Of a stretch of 64,000 bases of DNA, positions 35,068 to 49,526 are shown one piece after another. The stretch is from Basidiobolus meristosporus CBS 931.73. Lineage: Eukaryota; Fungi; Basidiobolomycota. The position numbers and the translations under genes are program-made. The stretch's first letter is position 1. Each line of letters starts with the position of its first letter. A model generated the notes under the pieces. That model ran no database searches and had not been told where the DNA came from. It saw only the letters and a program-made list of their open reading frames with translations. The stretch is taken from assembly GCA_002104905.1 (NCBI GenBank), contig MCFE01000386.1, forward strand, positions 1 through 64,000. Direction: 5' to 3'.

Positions 35068-37381
35068 CTAGTGGCCGAAGTGGCTTGGCGCGTTGTGGAA
35101 CAATGTTTTCCAGATGTAGGCTTGTGACAGCAGCATCTCAATCTCCTTCTCGGTCCAGTATTGGGTGGGGAGGGACTGGAGGTACATGATGATCTCCTGG
35201 AACTCCAGCTTTCTCAAATGCTCCGACCAGTGGACCAGGAACGCGGCGCACATGTACAGATGGAAGTCCGAAAAGCCCGACTCTCCTTCGGCCTGTTTTC
35301 GCGTCGAAAAGGATGGTGAAGGGAAATTAGCACGGGCTCAAGTCAAAGTGACCTCATATGGCGTACCAAGTAAGTGTCCCACATACGGATGGTGGCGTTC
35401 ATGGGGATTTCTCGCATTAGCAGACAGTTCATCCATCGGAAAGTGAACTGGATATACTCCACTCCTTCGGCTGCGAGGTGCGCGGCCAGCGGGGCTGTGA
35501 ATTCAGAAAGGTCAATACTCCGGTTGCCAGGTCAGGCTTGGGGTACGGCGGGCTTACCATCGACTCGCTCAATGAACTCGCGAAGTTTGAAGATCTGGCG
35601 CTGAATGCCAGGTTGAGCAAAAGTATAGTTGTCCTGTCCAGGGAGGTGAGAGATCTGTGGGTCTGTCACGATGGCTTGTCTGTCAACTAACCTGAATCCC
35701 ATCCAGTAGTTTGGTCAAGCACCAAAAGCTATCCGCCTCCAATGTGGTTAGGGCTTCTTTGGAGAGTACGCCAATATCATAGGTTTCAGGGTCTACGCCT
35801 TCATCTATTTCAACAAATGAATGGTTGTTCTTATCGAACCAACAGCATGCTGTGGGTAGGAATACCTATATAGGCAGTCAGGAAAACTTGGAAGAACGGG
35901 GTTACCAGATCATTGATCCCCTGTACATAGCCACTCGCTGGGTGTTGAACTGCCCAACAATACAAGATACGTTTAAGGCACTGTCAGTACAAGGGTGAGT
36001 AACCTGAGTGAGCATACACAAGGGCTATCAGCACGAACCTCCTGTGTTACTGGATGCCGATATAGGGCGACTTCGGGGTTGGTTCTAGGAACGTCAATTG
36101 AGATCTGCTCAAATAAGCTTATTACGTCATGGCGATAAAGTCGGGTTGGAATAGATAGATCTTGCCTGGTGCCACATTTCCTCATCCAGACCAGCCTCGC
36201 CGCGACCAAATGTTTGGGTGATAGCGTCCTCATACTCTTTCCGCTTTCGAGCCAGTGTTTGGGCGCGTCGTTCAGCATTGCATGGCAAATACCCCTTGAT
36301 TCGATGTATCAGTATGGTTGGCAAGGCAAAAAGTGCGGCAGGTACATACTAGCATTAGTCGCCATGCGGTTGGTCTTAGGTCTACTGGTATGCCATTCCA
36401 GCAAAGTTCTTGCAGCTTGGCTGAACAGTGAAGCCATCAGTTTGTGTTTTCCCAAAATTTCAACAAGTTCTCCTACCTAGGTCGACACTGGGTGCTTCAA
36501 GTAGCTTCTTCAGACGATTGTACTTCGACAATTGCGAGTCTGACATCTTGGATTTCAATGAAACCCGGGATGCGGATATCGGTGAATTTGTAGCGGACTG
36601 AGAGGTTTCTGGAAGGTTGAACATTGAGGTGTTAGTACTGCCTTCTTCAGATACAACGTAAGGAATTGTTACTTGGTGGTGGGGTGCGTCCTCTGGTCAA
36701 TTGTGCCGATAGGTCGCCTTCGAGATCACAATCAGATTCTCCCAGGTTTTGAGCACTGAAGAATGGTACATGCAGAGTATCTTTGTTGGAGTGAGCTTCC
36801 CCATTTACATCAGAATCCCAATCCTGGTTGATGTTGTCAATAAAGTCGGTTGGACTAATCCTTCCGGAGTATTTTTGGGTGCGTTGTGAGCTGCCTCCTT
36901 GCCGGTAGGAATTTCTAAAGGGAACCAGGGGTGTTGTTTAATACACCCAAAAAGGCAAGCTCGAGCGAAAAGCCTTTTGGCCAGATAATCTAGTATATAC
37001 TCACGACAAATCCGAACCGGTGATGGCAGCTCCGTGAGAATACTGTGCTCCAAATATATTGAAGCCATTTTGTTCGGATGACCTGAAAAGTGGACAAGTT
37101 AGCTTTTTCAATGAAGCATTCGATGTTGGCGGAAATGGTTTCATTGTCACAACGATGTGTTCAAATGAAAGCGCCAAACACCACCTACTTCTCAGGAAGT
37201 TTCTTGAAAGAGCGTCTCCAGAAAGATTTGGTATCGGATTCACTAGGTCAAGCAATAGGTAATGAGCAAAATGACCTGTAGATTCAATCGGAGGGGGGCT
37301 GGGAATGACCAGGTATTCTGGTAATTTTTTGGTAAGGAAAACCCGACGATCTATTAGGATTCCACCTCACCTTGTATTCAT
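35068..37381 (-). CDS. GYP1: TBC-domain Rab GTPase-activating protein, Gyp1/TBC1D22 family (multi-exon)
   Basis: Reconstructed start MNTSESDTKSFWRRSF; QISIDVPRTNP, GYVQGINDL, EFQEIIMYLQSLPT..W..KEIEMLLSQAYIWK. Confidence 0.85.
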
Positions 37382-37831
37382 TCTTTGTACAGAGAAAACA
37401 CGGAATGGGCTCTAGTGTGGGCGAGTACTAAATCTAACCTAGCTTTAGAGGGTCACTTCAAAAATGAGCTGATATTGTTCGGTTGGTTCGAGATTCGGCC
37501 AAAGTAACCACCAACTGCCCATATTAATCAAATATGAATTGGAAAAGCCACACTGGATCACAAAATATATGGTTTAAAGTCCCACCAATCAGTGCCCCCT
37601 CTGATCCCAATGTACTGGCGATCAATTGGTGATAGGAACTCATTTCAACTCGAATAGTACTTTAATTGCATGTGCAGCTGACCCGTACAATAGTGCATTC
37701 CTCTGACATTGTTTCAAATCATCGAACAATCCGCATTGAGCGCATGCATTACGGGTGTCAAATTTAAGGTTTGTTCACTATGTATGTTACATAAGCAGTC
37801 TTTTATTACAAAATCTCAAAACTGTGGACAA

Positions 37832-40800
37832 CTACTTTTGAACACGGAAGATACCCCAACTGTCTAATAGGAACTCGGTGTTAATCCAGCCAGGACGATA
37901 AGCCCAGTCACCGGTGTAATTACTGGCATAGAATTCATTGGTGATACTGGTGCCTGTACTGATTGCATTATTAACTGAGGAAACTCCGTGTTGTGGGGCC
38001 TTGAGTTGGTCTTCCCAGGCGTGGCCATGAAGATGGAACGAAAGCGGTCTTGGTTTATCCAGACCGCTGACAACGTGAAGTAATTGTTTAACTCCGGCCT
38101 GAGCGTGGAAGATGTGTGTTGAGGGATTGTTGTTTTTCAACCAGTTGGGTGCAGCAGCAGGCTGGTTGCGGTAGCTCATTGCCTTCAGACCAGTGTCTTG
38201 CAAACTAATAGTCGACTCGTTGGGAACAGGAGTAGTGAGGTTTGCAAGGATTTGGACTGGGCTGTTAACGGCATATGGGATTGGTTGGTTGACCTGATTA
38301 TTCTGGAATAGACGCAAGCCAGACTGTAAGAGCACCACCTTGTCTTGGTAAAGCAGTCTTCTGCGGTTCTCGGATTTACCATAGACATTGTTGCGGTAGT
38401 AAACATTGGCTTCTGCCCCGTACCATTTGTCAGGTGTTTGGTGCGAGTCCAGGATCACCAGAGCTCCAATAAGCCCGTGATGCTTGTGGTTGCGAATGTC
38501 AGCGTGATCCTGAATCGGGAGAGCACCCAAATGCTGGTCGGCATAGAGACTGTAGGAGATTGTCTTCCCAGGGCCAACAGTCGAGTCCGGGTTGTAGCCA
38601 ACATTCGTACCATCATCATATCTGACATCATGTTGTATGAGTGGCACATGCATAGATACCCTGCTAGACACCTTGCGGTCTGGAATGTCCGCTGTAACTG
38701 GGACAGGGAATGGCTCAGGCTCTAGCTGCTTCGGCAGAGCATTGTGCAGATGAATCAAAACACGCTCCCCTACCAGCCCTCTGATGATCAGCGGGTCGAC
38801 ATCCTTCCCGTTCACATTGAAGCACTCTCCGTTCTTGGGCTTGATGATCTTGGTGGTGTGGGGATGTTGGTACCCAGTCAAGCAATAGATCAGCCCAAAT
38901 GGATCACTCCACCCATCCGAGTTGTACACAATCTCCTGACGCTTTGCAGTCACGAAGTATTGGCGTTCACCAGTCACCTTGGATCTGAACTTGCTGGCTG
39001 CTCTGGTCAAGCTCTTGCCCACACCCTTGGACTGTCTCGTGTGTGCATACCGATATCTGGCGATGCTCTTCAGCAATGGCGAGTGGTAGAAGGATGATCT
39101 CCTTTCTTGAGAGTCAGGAATCGGAGGCAAGTGCTTCTGAGGGGAGTCATGAACACGAACAATGCCCCAGTTACCAAGCCATAGGTCATCCACACCACCG
39201 AGCTTGTAGAGATGATCACCAGCACTATAATCAGCCTGAACTCTGAATGTGAAACCTTCAGAGATACCAATAGTCTGCTGAGCAGTAACATTAACATTCG
39301 CAAGGTCTCTGAACTTTTGCCAGCGCATTCCATGCATCTCAAGACTGTGCGATTTGTCATGAGCACCTTGTGCCAAACGTATGATAATATTGTCCCCTCG
39401 GTAGGCTTCGAACAAAGTGGTCGAAGGATCCCCATACTTGTTCTTGCTACTGAACCACTCCGACGGGTCCAATCCCTTTCTCTCGGATAAAGGCTCATTT
39501 CTGTAATTTAACAAAACTATACCTTGCTCCGGGAATGGGCTTTGGGCAGGTGGTGGATTGATTGCAGTGCCGTTTGAATAAAATGCTGGTGCAAAGTCAC
39601 CAATGAACAGGACCTGCTCTCTGAATGACTCTTCCGGTCCAACCACTACTGCACTAACATTATAGCGCTGTTCAGTCTTTACATCACGTGGATTTAGGAA
39701 CTTTGAGCCTTCGGGAGCCACTGGCGCCAGCCCATAAAGCCCCTTCTTCTGGCGATAACTAGCAAACAAGTGATCGTGGAAGAATACGTGACCCAGAGCA
39801 TCGTCGATCCACCAGCGATTAATCAGATACTTTCCGAACCGAGCCCCACTAATATAGTTCCAGCCAACAGACGCACCATCACTACTAAGCACATCAAACT
39901 TGACGAGATGTACGTGCATTCCTGCCTCACCTTCGTGAGCCACAGCCTTACATCTCGGGAAATCGGGATCAAATACTGTGCCAGGAATGAATTCTGGCAG
40001 GTGGTTGTTGTATTGACTGACGGAGACACTCTTCTGAGTCACTCGCATTGCAAATGGCTCGTACTTGGCTGGGCGGCCAGGATCCGGTTTGACTTGCTCT
40101 TCTGCCTGGTACATGTGGCCATAAGGATAATACCATCCATGCTTGTTGTATTCGAGTTGGCGAGATTGAATACTGACATTGAAGAAGTGCGTATCGACCT
40201 CACGAGGAGTGGGGATCAGGGTGAAGAAATTTCCAGGTTGAGGGTCCGAGTTCATATTGGCAACCTCTACCTTGGTAGCAGGACGGTAGTCCGAGCCCTC
40301 AGGGACCTTGCCTAGAATCTCCTCTGGCCATGGAACTCTCGGAGATTTCTGACCAGGAGTACCAGCAATGAAGTTGGGGAAGCCTGGCTGGATCTCGCTC
40401 TTGTATGGGGGATGTGGTCGACCCGGTAGTGGAGTCAACTTGGGAATAGGAGAGCCATCTGGATAGGTATAGCGCCCGTCTTCGTAGCGGTCCAACACAC
40501 GCATCATACTCCACATTCCTGTCTCGAAGTGAACGTACAAATGGCAATGGAGAATAACATCTCCGATCAACTTGAGTCTAGAGCCGGCGCCGAAGTGGAT
40601 GTCCAAATCCCAGGTGGTCAATGGGGACAAGGAGAAGGAGTCGATGATGTCACTCTTACGATCACCTCTGCCTGAACTCCATTGATGGCCGTGCAAGTGG
40701 AATACGTGAGTTTCGGTAACACCAGTCTCGATCACTCTGAATCTCACCGGATCACCGGCGTATGCTCGGAAAACTGGGGTGGCTGGATCGCCAAACAGCC

Positions 40801-41860
40801 AGCTTGAGTGATGCTGTTCTTCACCATTCACGTTCGATATAGTGCCTTCGTTGATCATTCTCCACAGTGCGAGTTCCCGATTCTTCATTGGCTCCGAGCG
40901 GTAGTTGAAGAAATTCTCGATGAGGGTGCTCCCGGTGCTGTTGTTTCCGGTGCAAGGGTCGATTGTTGGGGGGCCGTTGTTGACCATTTGCACACGATCC
41001 TGGAAGAAGAGGGTGAACTCTCTGAAGGAGCAATCGGGGTGTGAATGCATCCTTTCTTCTGCATAGAAGTTTTCCACCTCCGGGCAACCTCCATGCATGG
41101 GGTAGGGATGGATATCAACATGGGTGCCCTCCTCTGTAGGCTTCCCAGTGACCGGGTCGGTCCAGAGAGAACCTCTTGGCTCCACAATGATAGCGGCGAA
41201 CAACCCATGGACTACAGTACCTGTTGGGAATCCATCGTAGTTTCCACCGTCAGATATGAGGTAGGTTCCTTCCTTCAAGCAGGGCCATTCATATTCTGTC
41301 TCCTCATTGGTACTAACAATACTGGCTTGGTTATCACCGACTACAGTCCCGTCATTTGTGATGTCGTATCCAAAGAGGTAAGGATGCATCCCGACTTGGC
41401 GCCCATTGACAAGATTTGTGAATTTGACGTGCATCTTATCACCCTGGTTGCAGCGAAGTACCAGGGGACTGACGAGTGGATGTGTGGGCAAGTCACTGGA
41501 GTTCTGGGCTATCAGAGCTTGTAAATCCTGACGATAGGTGAGAAGTTCCTTGGCATTCTTCTTCAAAGCAAACATGGCGCCAGCTGGATCGTAGTCGCCC
41601 CAGTTGTTCACGACTAGAGGCATATCTATCGCCATGACATCATATTGACGGGTCTTGGGGACAAGTCGCTGAGACATACTGCCGCCTCTCTGATTCCAGT
41701 TGGATCGGCCTCTGTACGAGCTGTAGCCTCTTCTTTGTTCAGCGGCCGAAATTCCAGGAAGAAGCAAACCGAGTACCAGCATCAGCAGCATCAAGTAGAT
41801 CATAGGACGTCCACCCCTGTCCCGTGCGTGCTCACGTTTCGATGTACGATTGTTGAACAT
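37832..41860 (-). CDS. Large secreted multicopper oxidase, MnxG-like (copy 1), intronless, ~1,340 aa
   Basis: Hydrophobic signal (IYLMLLMLVLGLLLPGISA); copper motifs in order HVFHLHGHQW, HCHLYVHFETGM, MHVHLVKFD, FFHDHL; extra degenerate C-terminal motifs (HSLEMHG, FHLHGHAW). Confidence 0.9.
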   Translation of the reverse strand: MFNNRTSKREHARDRGGRPMIYLMLLMLVLGLLLPGISAAEQRRGYSSYRGRSNWNQRGGSMSQRLVPKTRQYDVMAIDMPLVVNNWGDYDPAGAMFALKKNAKELLTYRQDLQALIAQNSSDLPTHPLVSPLVLRCNQGDKMHVKFTNLVNGRQVGMHPYLFGYDITNDGTVVGDNQASIVSTNEETEYEWPCLKEGTYLISDGGNYDGFPTGTVVHGLFAAIIVEPRGSLWTDPVTGKPTEEGTHVDIHPYPMHGGCPEVENFYAEERMHSHPDCSFREFTLFFQDRVQMVNNGPPTIDPCTGNNSTGSTLIENFFNYRSEPMKNRELALWRMINEGTISNVNGEEQHHSSWLFGDPATPVFRAYAGDPVRFRVIETGVTETHVFHLHGHQWSSGRGDRKSDIIDSFSLSPLTTWDLDIHFGAGSRLKLIGDVILHCHLYVHFETGMWSMMRVLDRYEDGRYTYPDGSPIPKLTPLPGRPHPPYKSEIQPGFPNFIAGTPGQKSPRVPWPEEILGKVPEGSDYRPATKVEVANMNSDPQPGNFFTLIPTPREVDTHFFNVSIQSRQLEYNKHGWYYPYGHMYQAEEQVKPDPGRPAKYEPFAMRVTQKSVSVSQYNNHLPEFIPGTVFDPDFPRCKAVAHEGEAGMHVHLVKFDVLSSDGASVGWNYISGARFGKYLINRWWIDDALGHVFFHDHLFASYRQKKGLYGLAPVAPEGSKFLNPRDVKTEQRYNVSAVVVGPEESFREQVLFIGDFAPAFYSNGTAINPPPAQSPFPEQGIVLLNYRNEPLSERKGLDPSEWFSSKNKYGDPSTTLFEAYRGDNIIIRLAQGAHDKSHSLEMHGMRWQKFRDLANVNVTAQQTIGISEGFTFRVQADYSAGDHLYKLGGVDDLWLGNWGIVRVHDSPQKHLPPIPDSQERRSSFYHSPLLKSIARYRYAHTRQSKGVGKSLTRAASKFRSKVTGERQYFVTAKRQEIVYNSDGWSDPFGLIYCLTGYQHPHTTKIIKPKNGECFNVNGKDVDPLIIRGLVGERVLIHLHNALPKQLEPEPFPVPVTADIPDRKVSSRVSMHVPLIQHDVRYDDGTNVGYNPDSTVGPGKTISYSLYADQHLGALPIQDHADIRNHKHHGLIGALVILDSHQTPDKWYGAEANVYYRNNVYGKSENRRRLLYQDKVVLLQSGLRLFQNNQVNQPIPYAVNSPVQILANLTTPVPNESTISLQDTGLKAMSYRNQPAAAPNWLKNNNPSTHIFHAQAGVKQLLHVVSGLDKPRPLSFHLHGHAWEDQLKAPQHGVSSVNNAISTGTSITNEFYASNYTGDWAYRPGWINTEFLLDSWGIFRVQK

Positions 41861-42452
41861 CGTCAAGTGATACCAGTATCTACCTGAGCTGACGTTCTCG
41901 ATGGCACCACAGCAGCTTATATATTGGCTAGCCTGTGACTGCTGTCTCATAGACGCACGCTTTGAGAGAATTTAGCTGGCACTGCATACAACTTTTGTTT
42001 GATCATTCCCATATCTTCTGTGTTTATCACGTTCCGGACTACCGATCAATATGAAACGAAAAAATGAAATTTTGTCACGCATTTCGACCGACCGAAAGCC
42101 AAGCAAAATCACGCAGACATTGGTAGATGAAACTTGTTCCGATTCCTACGCGATCAGAGCTTAGCTGCTTGATTGGATGGTCAAGAATTTCCCTGTTGTG
42201 TTGTTGCGCATGACACGATTGTTCACTGATTCGAGGGGTTTTCTTGATTCGTTGATTAGAGGAAATGCACTGGACCGCTTACGATATTTACTTGTTACTG
42301 TGGCCTTTCCTTCCAACTCCTGCATTTGTGGCAGCTCAATCGACACTTTTTATTTGGCTCCATATACTGACCCATGATGCAAGACAAGAATGGTTTGAAC
42401 CGACTTTATTAACGAAACCACTGAATTTCTAAATTCTCTACAAAATTGCCAT

Positions 42453-45400
42453 CTACTTGTGCACCCGGAAAATTCCCCAGTTCGATAATAGAAATTCCGT
42501 GTTCATTAGGCCAGTTCGATAAGCCCAGTCACCAGTGTAATTACTGGCATAGAATTCATTGGTGATACTGGTGCCTGTACTGATTCCACTGTTGACTGAA
42601 GAGACACCATGTTGCGGTGCCTTGAGCTGATCTTCCCAGGCGTGGCCGTGAAGATGGAACGGAAGCGGTCTTTCTTTGTCTAGACCGCTGACAACACGAA
42701 GATATTGTCGAACACCAGCCTGGGCATGGAAGATTGGCGTGGAGGGGTTACTATTCTGCAACCAGCTAGGTGCAGAGACTGGTTGGTTTCGGTAGTTCAT
42801 TGCCTTCAGGCCCGAATCCTCGGCACCAATGCCTGCCTCATTTGGTACAGGAGTAGTGAAGTTTGCGAGGACTTGAACCGGACTGTCGTTGGCGTATGGG
42901 ACAGGTTGGTTCTTTTCGCCATTTTGGAACAGGCGCAAGCCAGACTGTAAGAGCACCACCTTGTCTTGGTAAAGCAGTCTTCTGCGGTTCTCGGATTTAC
43001 CATAGACATTGTTGCGGTAGTAAACATTGGCTTCTGCCCCGTGCCATTTGTCAGGTGTTTGGTGCGAGTCCAGGATCACCAGAGCTCCAATAAGCCCGTG
43101 ATGCTTGTGGTTGCGAATGTCAGCGTGATCCTGAATCGGGAGAGCACCCAAATGCTGGTCGGCATAGAGACTGTAGGAGATTGTCTTCCCAGGGCCAACA
43201 GTCGAGTCCGGGTTGTAGCCGACATTCGTACCATCATCATATCTGACATCATGTTGTATGAGTGGTACATGCATAGATACCCTATTTGACACCTTACGAT
43301 TTGCATCATCTACTGGAACTCGAACAGGGAATGGCTCAGGCTCTAGCTGCTTCGGCAGAGCATTGTGCAGATGAATCAAAACACGCTCCCCTACCAGCCC
43401 TCTGATGATCAGCGGGTCGACATCCTTCCCGTTCACATTGAAGCACTCTCCGTTCTTGGGCTTGATGATCTTGGTGGTGTGGGGATGTTGGTACCCAGTC
43501 AAGCAATAGATCAGCCCAAATGGATCACTCCACCCATCCGAGTTGTACACAATCTCCTGACGCTTTGCAGTCACGAAGTATTGGCGTTCACCAGTCACCT
43601 TGGATCTGAACTTGCTGGCTGCCCTGGTCAAGCTCTTGCCCACACCCTTGGACTGTCTCGTGTGTGCATACCGATATCTGGCGATGCTCTTCAGCAACGG
43701 CGAGTGGTAGAAGGATGATCTCCTTTCTTGAGAGTCAGGAATCGGAGGCAAGTGCTTCTGAGGGGAGTCATGAACACGAACAATGCCCCAGTTACCAAGC
43801 CATAGGTCATCCACACCACCCAGCTTGTAGAGATGATCACCAGCACTATAATCAGCCTGAACTCTGAATGTGAAACCTTCAGAGACTCCGATAGTTTGTT
43901 GATTAGTAACATTAACATGCGCAACATCTCTGAACTTTTGCCAGCGCATTCCGTGCATCTCAAAACTATGGGCCTTATTATGCGAACCTTGCACTAAACG
44001 TATGATAATATTGTCCCCTCGGTAGGCTTCGAACAAAGTGGTCGAAGGATCCCCATACTTGTTCTTGCTACTGAACCACTCCGACGGGTCCAGTCCCTTT
44101 CTCTCGGATAAAGGCTCATTTCTGTAGTTCATCACCACTATACCTTGATCCTGTCTCATATTTTGGTTGGCAGGTGGATTGATTGCAGTGCCATTTGCAT
44201 AAAATGCCGGGGTGAAATCGCCAATGAAGACAATCTTTTCTCTGAATGACTCTTCAGGACCAACCACTATGGCACTTGTGGTGTACGGTTGTGGAGATTC
44301 TGCATTACGTGCGCTCAGGAACTTGGAGCCTTCAGGAGCCACCGGTGCCAATCCATAAAGCCCCTTCTTCTGACGATAGTTCGCAAACAAGTGGTCGTGG
44401 AAGAATACGTGACCCAGAGCATCGTCAATCCACCAACGATTCACTAGATACTTTCCGAACCGAGCCCCACTCATGTAGTTCCAACCAACAGACGCACCAT
44501 CACTACTAAGCACATCAAACTTGACGAGATGTACGTGCATTCCTGCCTCACCTTCGTGTGCAACTGCCTTACATTTGGGGAACTCTTCATCAAATGGAGT
44601 GGCTGGGAATTCGTGTGGAAGGTGATTCGTGAACTGGCTTACTGCCACACTATGCTGCGTCACTCGCATTGCAAACGGCTCGTACTTGGCGGGACGACCA
44701 GTATCCGGCTTCACCGTCTCCGCCGCCGCATACATATGTCCATAAGGGTAGTGCCATCCGTATTTGTTGTATTCTACGTTTCGGGACAGAATGCTGACAT
44801 TGAAGAAATCATGTTTGACCTCACGAGGTGTGGGGATCAGGGTGAAGAAGTTCCCTGGTTGAGGATCCGAATTCATACTAGCCACCTCCAATTCGGTTGC
44901 TGGGCGATAGTCAGAACCTTTGGGGATCTTGCCTAAGAGCTCCTCTGGCCACGGGACCCTTGGGGATTTCTGCCCGGGCGTACCAGCAATGAAGTTGGGG
45001 AAGCCTGGCTGGATCTCGCTCTTGTATGGCGGATGTGGTCTCCCTGGTAGTGGGATCAACTTGGGAATAGGTTTACCGTCGGGATAAGTGTGGCTACCAT
45101 CCTCGTAGCGGTCCAACACACGCATCATACTCCACATTCCTGTCTCGAAGTGAACGTACAAATGGCAATGGACGATGACATCGCCAATTGTCTTTAGTCT
45201 AGAGCCAGCACCGAAGTGGATATCCAAGTCCCAGGTGGTCAATGGGGACAAGGAGAAGGAGTCGATGATGTCACTCTTACGATCACCTCTGCCTGAACTC
45301 CATTGATGGCCGTGCAAGTGGAACACGTGGGTCTCGGTAACACCAGTGTCGATCACTCTGTACCGCACAGGATCTCCCGCGTATGCTCTGTAGATTGGGG

Positions 45401-46522
45401 TGGCTGGATCACCAAACAACCAGCTGGAATGGTGTTGTTCCTCACCGTTGACCTTGGATATCTTGCCAGCCTCCATCATTCGCCACAGCGCCAACTCCCG
45501 ATTCTTCATTGGCTCCGAACGGTAGTTGAAGAAATTGATGATTGGATTCCTTGCGTAGCTTCTCCGGTACAGGGATCTTTCGTCGGGGCAGCGTTGTTCT
45601 TGATCCTCAACCGATCCTGGAAGAACATGGTGAACTCTCTGAAGGAGCAATCAGGATGTGAGTGCATCCTCTCTTCTCCATAGAAGTCGGACACCTTCGG
45701 GCAACCTCCATGCATGGGGTAGGGATGGATATCAACATGGGTCCCATCCACGGTGGGCTTCCCGGTCACTGGATCAGTCCACAGGGAACCTTTTGGCTCT
45801 ACAATGATGGCTCCGAACAGTCCATGAACCACAGTGCCTGTGGGGGATCCATCATAATCACCACCATCGGCGATGAGGTAGGTTCCTTCCTTTAGGCAAG
45901 GCCATTCATACTCCTTCTCTTCGTCAGTGCTAAGGGTACTGACATAGTTATTCCCGACCGCAGTTCCATCGTTCTTTACGTTGTACCCGAAGAGCGAAGG
46001 GTGCATTCCGACTTTACGCCCTTTAACAAGGTTTGTGAATTTGACCCGCATCTTATCACCCTGGTTGCAGCGAAGTACCAAGGGATTGACGAGGGGGTGC
46101 ATAGGCAAGTCGCTGGAATTCTGGCCTATCCGGGCTAGTATATCTTCCCTATAGGGGAGGAGCTCCCTCAGATTCTTCTTCAAGGTAAACATGGCACCGT
46201 TCTCATCATAGTCGCCCCATGCATTGACAACAAACGGCATATCTATCGCTACGACCTCATAGTGCCGGGTCTGTGGGACAAGTCGATGTGGTATGCGCTC
46301 CACACTACGATCGTACTCTCCATGTCGGTAGTGCGATCGAGCGCCGCTCTGGTGGCTCTGACGAGACCGGCTATGACGAGAATGATGGTCTGACCGGTGT
46401 CTATATGCCGACACCTCCGGTAACAAGCACAACACAAGTAGGAGCAGAATCAAGTAGACCCCGGGATGCATGCCCCGTTCCTGGCGACGCTCACACTTCG
46501 ATGATCGATTGCTGAACATCAT
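42453..46522 (-). CDS. Large secreted multicopper oxidase, MnxG-like (copy 2); one 1-bp frameshift at ~45545
   Basis: Paralog of copy 1 along its full length; ORFs 45506-46522 and 42453-45650 join if GGAAT is read GGAAAT (QG-NPIINFFNYRSEP). All four copper motifs are intact. Confidence 0.88.
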
Positions 46523-47476
46523 CAGTGGTACCAGAATCTACCTGAACTGATACCATTTGCCCATTAGCCACTCGATCTATTTATACTCCGCTCGGTAACC
46601 ACATTCACGAAACATCCGCAGTATGCGGGATTTAAGCTACAATGATTTGAATGAACTGATGTGTTCTAGGTGCAAACACTCGCCCACAGCCAAATCCAAC
46701 CGTTTCACCCGCTTATGTTGGTCGAAATCGGCAGTTTGGAAACAACCGAATGAAACGTCGTTACGAGTCTTGGATGCCAATCTCATCGGGATGTTGGCAA
46801 ATGGGCTCGGATGGCCCGTTCCTGTACATTTCAAAGTGAGACTAACCTCTGTCAAAGCTCACTCCACCAACGAGCCCACTCAACAAACTCCGCATGACGA
46901 TTGTCAGCTTTGTCACCGCTACGGTTGAACTAATACATTTAATGATAGTAGAGAAAAGCAAGTATGGAGGTTCAAAAGCAAATTACACAAAAAATAACAT
47001 ACGGCTAATTGTTGGGTTCTATCTTCGTCTAGTGCCATGGTGTGGAATCATTAAAAAAAGGTAGAAGATGACGAAAATAAAAATACATGGGGCAAAAAAT
47101 TGACACAGGGGGAAATCATAATGTGAAGATGCGGCTTCTATATTGTAACAGTTCGGCTATGCAAAAATCAAAAACAGGGTGGATGGATTATATGCACATG
47201 TAATAAATGGATCATTACATGATGTTCGTCATGTGAAGCAGCTTCACACACCATCCACGCTCAGTATCTTGATATATCTTGAGATATAGCGGCCGCGTGA
47301 CATCATTTTATCATCGTCGTCTTCGAAAAGGTCCTGCCCAGACAGGCAAGTAGGAAAAGGTATTGAATGCTTGAACGAAGCTAGTGTACAATAATGCGCG
47401 TGGGATAAGACAAATTTCAAAGAGATCACCTGCTCTTTTCCCTCCGGAGGCTCTACAAATCTAGAAAATCATTGGC

Positions 47477-49526
<2,050 letters not shown>

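Noticed and set aside
42161-42377. Small ORFs between the MCO copies as MnxE/MnxF equivalents
   Set aside because: Non-ATG starts, ~60 aa, no signal peptide or recognisable motif, and no counterpart next to the other copy.
45530-45560. Programmed ribosomal frameshift in MCO copy 2
   Set aside because: No slippery heptamer or downstream structure; copy 1 is continuous here; similar indels occur in URA3.
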